Below, piece after piece: positions 27,937-32,296 of a stretch of DNA of 32,296 bases. The stretch's first letter is position 1; every line of letters begins with the position of its first letter. The stretch is from assembly GCA_037724245.1 (NCBI GenBank), contig JBBJOX010000002.1, forward strand, positions 1 to 32,296. The letters are read 5' to 3'. The stretch is from Thermomicrobiales bacterium. GTDB lineage: Bacteria; Chloroflexota; Chloroflexia; Thermomicrobiales; UBA6265. A program made the position numbers and the translations under genes. Under the pieces are notes generated by a model, which had not been told where the DNA came from, made no database searches, and saw nothing but the letters and a program-made list of their open reading frames with translations.

Positions 27937-28467
27937 ATGGCAACCAGATTTCCAGTCTCGTCCGTCGTCAACGATGTTGTGAGTTTGCGTCAGGTTATGG
28001 ATCGGGCGCTAAGCGAAAGTTTTGCACCGGGTCGAACCCGCACCGTCTGGTCATCCAGTAAATCCAGCCGGAGTCAGGCGCCGGTGACGCTCGACGTCTA
28101 CGCAACTGACGACGAGGCGATTGTGCTGGCGGCCGTTCCCGGTGTCGATCCTGCGAACATCGACATCAGCATCGAGAAGAACACGTTGACGCTGAAGGGC
28201 GAATACGCCAACAACTCCGGCAGCGATCAGGCTCGTTCAGCGACCTGGTATCTGCACGAACTTCCGTGGGGCACCTTCCAGCGGTCACTCACGTTGCCGT
28301 GGGATATCGATGTCGATGCTGCCGATGCGACGTTCGAGCATGGACTGCTCCGCCTGACCCTGCCGAAGTCGCAGGCAGCGAAGCCGAAGCAGATCCGGGT
28401 TCGCGTCGAGTCGAACCAGCCGTCGGCCATCGAACACGAATCGACACCTGAGCTTACAGAAGCCTGA
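27937..28467 (+). CDS. Hsp20/alpha-crystallin family small heat-shock protein
   Basis: The alpha-crystallin domain is VTLDVYATDDEAIVLAAVPGVDPANIDISIEKNTLTLKGE...GTFQRSLTLPWDIDVDAADATFEHGLLRLTLPK. The alternative ATG at 27898 adds 13 codons. Confidence 0.9.
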   Translation: MATRFPVSSVVNDVVSLRQVMDRALSESFAPGRTRTVWSSSKSSRSQAPVTLDVYATDDEAIVLAAVPGVDPANIDISIEKNTLTLKGEYANNSGSDQARSATWYLHELPWGTFQRSLTLPWDIDVDAADATFEHGLLRLTLPKSQAAKPKQIRVRVESNQPSAIEHESTPELTEA

Positions 28468-28629
28468 TCCATTCCCACGACTAATCCGGGATCGCGCCAC
28501 TTGTGACAACGATGTCGCTCGCGCGGTCCGCGTTCCCTCCCTTTCCGGTACGCGATCGTTCATCCCCGTCCTGCCCTCTTCGAGCGATCGCGTCGCCCCT
28601 CCAACTTCGAACCTCATGATCCCCACCAC

Positions 28630-28674
28630 GTACCACCCCCGATGGCCCAGCCATCGGGGGTGGTACGCTTTTTA
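28630..28674 (+). terminator. very strong rho-independent terminator (17-bp perfect stem)
   Basis: GTACCACCCCCGATGGC-CCA-GCCATCGGGGGTGGTAC followed by GCTTTTTA. It lies 163 nt downstream of the hsp20 stop. Confidence 0.8.
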
Positions 28675-28798
28675 TCGAACGAGTTGATGTCGAAATCCTG
28701 CGTTGACGCTCTGTGTGTCGCTATTGCTGATAGCGTGTTGCATTCAGGAAACTCGAAAGCCAGGTCACAACGTGGTTGTAATAGTTGAGAGTTCAACG

Positions 28799-29614
28799 AT
28801 GCCCCAAGGCCATCGCGACTATCGAGAACGCCTCGTTCACGAGCTTCGGGCCGTCCCCGGAGCTCGTGTTCTGATCGAGTTCGGCTCCCACAATAGTGGC
28901 AATTCCGACCTGTTCTCGGACGTTGATCTCCAGTTGCAGGTCGACGACTGCACGATCGCGTTACCGGCGTTTCTGACAATCGTGGGCGAAGTCGTCAATC
29001 CGGAAGTTGAGTGGACGATCACAACTGATCCCGACCACTATTGGCTTATGGCAATTCCCGATGGTCTGCAACCGTGGTTGAAAGTCGACATCGGAATCGA
29101 TCCCTATCGCCCGGAGCAACCGGTCGATCTTGGCTGGACCGGCGACGTTGTCTGGAGTCAGGTCCCAGCTGCTGCCGAATTTGCCCAGCTGCAAGCACCA
29201 GATTGGCCGCGTCCCGTTCCCGGTACCCTCGACCACTTCATCGTCGGAAATCTGGTTGATCTGGGACGCCTCGCTAAGTTTCGGGCGCGTCAAAAACCGT
29301 TGAACATGCTGAAATTCGTGTCCCTCCTCGCCCGCGCGGTCTTGATCGTGGAGGCGACGCGGCTCGGTAGGCACGATGATTTCGACGACCTGCCGTCCAC
29401 CAGGCTGATTTCAGAGATCGACCAGTCGGAAAGTGTCCATCTTGTTGATCTGGACTTGCCATTGATCGATCATATTGCTCATCTCTCGTACCAGTTGTGC
29501 AACGCGATCGAAGATGACCAGCGTCTGCGAATTGCCTGCGAACGCATTGTGAATGGAAGTCTTGCGTTGCTTCAGGAACCGCTGGCCGTCATCGACAAGG
29601 AACTCACTAAATGA
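28799..29614 (+). CDS. Pol-beta superfamily nucleotidyltransferase, ANT/AadA-like size and layout
   Basis: ATG 28799 gives MPQGHRDYRERL... The GS-X11-DxD motif is EFGSHNSGNSDLFSDVDLQL, with a third acidic strand WLKVDIGID and a helical C-terminal half of about 150 aa. The 32 upstream codons (Cys-rich) were rejected. Confidence 0.7.
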   Translation: MPQGHRDYRERLVHELRAVPGARVLIEFGSHNSGNSDLFSDVDLQLQVDDCTIALPAFLTIVGEVVNPEVEWTITTDPDHYWLMAIPDGLQPWLKVDIGIDPYRPEQPVDLGWTGDVVWSQVPAAAEFAQLQAPDWPRPVPGTLDHFIVGNLVDLGRLAKFRARQKPLNMLKFVSLLARAVLIVEATRLGRHDDFDDLPSTRLISEIDQSESVHLVDLDLPLIDHIAHLSYQLCNAIEDDQRLRIACERIVNGSLALLQEPLAVIDKELTK

Positions 29615-30171
29615 CTATTCCAACACTCGAGACTCCGCGATTGACGCTGCGGGCCTTCGCTCCCGATGACTGGGACGCGTTCAACGAGACCATTTCCGAC
29701 GCCGAAGCGATGCAGTACATGCACTTCAGTTCGTGGAACGAGGAGCAGCGTCGCGAATGGTTCAAAAGTTGCCTCGCCACAGGGCAAGCGTTCAGCCTGG
29801 AGGGCAAGATCTGGGCAATTGTGCTGAAAGAATCGAATGAGTTGATTGGGTACTTCGGCATCGGGACGTCCACCGATCCCGAAAACGCCTACGATATCAA
29901 CTTCGGGTACGCCCTGGCACGTCAGCACTGGAATCAGGGGTACATGACGGAATTACTGCGCGCAGTGTTCGCCCACGAGTTCGACTCGCTGCATGTCCCG
30001 CAGCTTAGTGCCAATTGCCAGGTTCCAAACGTCGGATCGGCCCGAGCCATGGAAAAGGCGGGCATGCACCGGTACAAAACCGAATCCGGAACCGATATCG
30101 AGGGGAACTGGGCCGAGAACCACCACTACCTGATCACCCGGGACGAGTGGGATTCACAGAAACAAGACTGA
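29611..30171 (+). CDS. GNAT family N-acetyltransferase (RimJ/RimL-like)
   Basis: 186 aa. It opens with LETPRLTLRAFAPDDWDAF, typical of Acetyltransf_3, and also has HWNQGYMTELLRAV and NVGSARAMEKAGM. ATGA overlap with the nucleotidyltransferase gene; RBS AAGGAA. Confidence 0.85.
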   Translation: MTIPTLETPRLTLRAFAPDDWDAFNETISDAEAMQYMHFSSWNEEQRREWFKSCLATGQAFSLEGKIWAIVLKESNELIGYFGIGTSTDPENAYDINFGYALARQHWNQGYMTELLRAVFAHEFDSLHVPQLSANCQVPNVGSARAMEKAGMHRYKTESGTDIEGNWAENHHYLITRDEWDSQKQD

Positions 30172-30503
30172 CCGGATTTTTATAGACGTAGGGGGAGCTT
30201 TATGGGCTCCCGCGATACTCCGTCCGGCAGCCTCGGGGTCCCATGAAGGAACCCCCTACGAAATGTGGATCTTCTCCGTTTAGCCACGCCGTCAGGAGTC
30301 GGAGGCTCCGATGTTGGTTTTAGGCTCTTCGACCAAGGCACAGATGAGATCTGCGCCTACCATTGAGACCGGAATACCGCGTTCGATTGTAGGGTTCGAC
30401 CCTAGTGATCGACTGAAGATTCGCGCCCGCAGACCAAGGCAGACACAAGGTCTGCAACTACCGTTTACTTGAACGATCGTGCTGTCTCCTCATTTCGGAT
30501 ATG

Positions 30504-30544
30504 TACACAGAAAACACCCCCTGTGGCTGAGCCATCGGGGGTGT
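30504..30544 (-). terminator. rho-independent terminator of the ABC ATPase gene (related in sequence to the hairpin at 28630-28666)
   Basis: Minus strand reads ACACCCCC-GA-TGGC-TCA-GCCA-CA-GGGGGTGT followed by TTTTCTGTGT. It lies 29 nt downstream of the stop at 30573. Confidence 0.75.
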
Positions 30545-30572
30545 CGTCTGTTTCGTGAATTCGCGTGATGCG

Positions 30573-31679
30573 TTAGCGAATGGCCTGCTCGGTGGCGTTG
30601 TCGAAGAAGTGCAGCTTGTCTGGCTCGGCGACAACTTCGATCTGCTGACCACGCTCGAGCTTGATGTCCGGCTCCATACGGGCCGTCAACGTCGCGCCAC
30701 GGTTGGTCAGATAGACGAAGATTTCGTTGCCGAGAAGCTCAACCACATCGACAACCACCGGGATCACCGAGGTATCGAGTGACGAAGTCGCGCGGGATCG
30801 CTCGACCAGATGCTCCGGGCGAATGCCCATCGTGACCGACTTGCCAACGTAATTGGCGAGACCGGTGGCACGTGCCGTCGGAACTTCGATGCGGAAGCCC
30901 TGGGTTGCGGCGAAGAGCCGTCCGGAATCGCCTTCGATGGTCATATCGATGAAGTTCATCGATGGTGAACCAATGAAGCCGGCGACGAACTTGTTGTCCG
31001 GTGTGTCGTATAGCTGCTGCGGTGTTGCCAGCTGCTGCAGCACGCCGAGACTCATGACGGCGATGCGATCGCCCATGGTCATGGCTTCTGTCTGATCGTG
31101 CGTCACGTAGATGGTGGTGGTGCGAACGCGATCATGCAGCTTGACGAGCTCGGCACGAGTTTGCACGCGGAGTTTGGCGTCGAGATTCGAGAGCGGTTCG
31201 TCCATCAGGAAGACGTCGGCGTTACGGACGATCGCGCGGCCAAGAGCCACACGTTGTCGCTGGCCACCGGAAAGCGCCTTCGGCTTGCGGTCGAGATACT
31301 GTTCGATATCGAGGATTCGTGCCGCTTCGCGAACGCGTTGTTCACGTTCGGCTTTTGGCACCTTGCGCAGTTTGAGCGGATACGCGAGGTTGTCGCGAAC
31401 ACTCATGTGCGGATAGAGCGCGTAGGACTGGAAGACCATGGCCACGTTACGATCCTTCGGCGGAAGGTCGTTGACCACGCGGTCCCCAATGATGATGCGC
31501 CCATCGCTGATCTCTTCGAGACCGGCAACCATTCGCATGGCGGTCGATTTGCCGCAACCGGAAGGACCGACAAGTACGAGGAATTCCTCGTCTTCGATCT
31601 CCAGATTGAGGTTGGCAACGGCCGGTGGGGCGTCTCCAGCATACAGCTTGGAAACGTTGTCGAAAATAACGCGAGACAT
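30573..31679 (-). CDS. ABC transporter ATP-binding protein, carbohydrate-importer MalK/UgpC/MsiK family
   Basis: 368 aa. Walker A GPSGCGKST, signature LSGGQRQRVALGRA, Walker B VFLMDEPLSNLD, and a MalK-type C-terminal TOBE/regulatory domain. Confidence 0.93.
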   Translation of the reverse strand: MSRVIFDNVSKLYAGDAPPAVANLNLEIEDEEFLVLVGPSGCGKSTAMRMVAGLEEISDGRIIIGDRVVNDLPPKDRNVAMVFQSYALYPHMSVRDNLAYPLKLRKVPKAEREQRVREAARILDIEQYLDRKPKALSGGQRQRVALGRAIVRNADVFLMDEPLSNLDAKLRVQTRAELVKLHDRVRTTTIYVTHDQTEAMTMGDRIAVMSLGVLQQLATPQQLYDTPDNKFVAGFIGSPSMNFIDMTIEGDSGRLFAATQGFRIEVPTARATGLANYVGKSVTMGIRPEHLVERSRATSSLDTSVIPVVVDVVELLGNEIFVYLTNRGATLTARMEPDIKLERGQQIEVVAEPDKLHFFDNATEQAIR

Positions 31680-31858
31680 TCCGTCACTCCTTCACCGATT
31701 ACAGGACCTCGTCATTGCCGGTACATCCGACGACGGGTTCCCGAAGCGCCCTACGACATGCCAAGACGGAAGTACATGGCAATCGGCGATGTTTACCTGC
31801 GCGTGCCACGGCGCTTTATGGCTTGCACACGTGTTTTCTCACTCTTGCGAACAGCTTG

Positions 31859-32296
31859 TCAAGGGTTGGAGGGAACAGATACCCGGGAAAGTCGATGAAT
31901 CCGTACCACGACAGCTTCATCTTTCGGGTCTGGCCAAGGACCATCGATGCGATAAACCTCACGCTGCCAGCCTTGGGTGTCGGCGTGATCGAGGAAGAGA
32001 CGAGCCGGTTCGCGTCCCGGTTCGGCCAGTAATACCACTCCACCAGGCGCCAGCAGCCGATCGAACAGGGCCAGCAACGGCTCGATATCGCGCCGCTCGT
32101 ACAGCACATCCGCCGCCAGAATCACGGGAAACGTCTGCGAACCATCGAGCAGGGGATCGGACGTGTCCCGCCAGTTGACCCGAACCGTTACCGGCTCGGC
32201 TTCTCCGTTGAGAAGGCAGGTCAACCGGGTCAGGGTCAGGGATTCTGCCGCGTAGTCGGTGGCAATCAGGTTGGCCCCGAGCTGCAGTGCAATCGC
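31859..32296 (-). CDS. class I SAM-dependent methyltransferase (Methyltransf_16/lysine-MTase-like), N-terminus outside the window
   Basis: The reading frame stays open to the window edge. My translation is ...AIALQLGANLIATDYAAESLTLTRLTCLLNGEAEPVTV...FPVILAADVLYERRDIEPLLALFDRLLAPGGVVLLAEP. The track start at 32224 is only an internal TTG. Confidence 0.7.
   Translation of the reverse strand, partial: AIALQLGANLIATDYAAESLTLTRLTCLLNGEAEPVTVRVNWRDTSDPLLDGSQTFPVILAADVLYERRDIEPLLALFDRLLAPGGVVLLAEPGREPARLFLDHADTQGWQREVYRIDGPWPDPKDEAVVVRIHRLSRVSVPSNP

Noticed and set aside
30331-30410. tRNA-like fragments. On the plus strand, a GGTTCGA T-loop-like hairpin. On the minus strand, CAATGGTAGGCGC resembles a D-arm, followed by a 5-bp stem with loop AUCUCAU (anticodon CUC-like).
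   Set aside because: I could not build D-stem pairing, a 7-nt T-loop, or an acceptor stem on either strand. At most this is a decayed tRNA fragment, so I do not call a tRNA or an att site.

Overview
High-GC bacterial chromosomal window of about 28 protein genes, with no rRNA, tRNA, CRISPR, transposase or integrase that I can support. The gene content (E. coli-type SucA, menaquinone genes, Yip1 and DUF4352 proteins) plus a Gram-positive/Cheo-type LexA box suggest a Terrabacteria lineage such as Chloroflexota/Thermomicrobia; this is inference only. Left to right: (1) A copper module on the minus strand, with a DUF305 protein and a CPH-type His-rich P1B ATPase. Each gene sits behind a near-consensus sigma70 promoter whose 17-nt spacer holds a TACCC-N5-GGGTA palindrome. 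(2) The most unusual locus: three translationally coupled minus-strand genes encoding a 137-aa helical protein, a 90-aa tail-anchored coiled-coil protein and an orphan phage TerL-like ATPase/nuclease. There are no portal or capsid genes nearby, and a perfect GAAC-N4-GTTC SOS box lies 18 nt upstream of the first start codon. (3) Two tandem secreted DUF4352-like paralogs. (4) Core metabolism: panE-panB-panC-menA-ubiE, a convergent VOC gene, then sucA-sucB behind a 517-nt leader carrying a perfect TGTGA-N6-TCACA site. (5) An Eis-like GNAT and two Yip1-family membrane paralogs. (6) A DAO-family flavoenzyme, a peptide-type ABC importer (SBP plus two permeases, no ATPases) and a divergent secreted M1-like metallopeptidase with a degenerate GAMEN motif. 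(7) A signal-less parallel beta-helix protein, and an hsp20 gene with a promoter-overlapping 11-bp inverted repeat. (8) An ANT-like nucleotidyltransferase coupled to a RimL-like GNAT, bracketed by two related long hairpins and followed by a 400-nt structured non-coding gap. (9) An orphan MalK/UgpC/MsiK-type ATPase and a partial SAM methyltransferase. Many long antisense ORFs in the track are high-GC artefacts.
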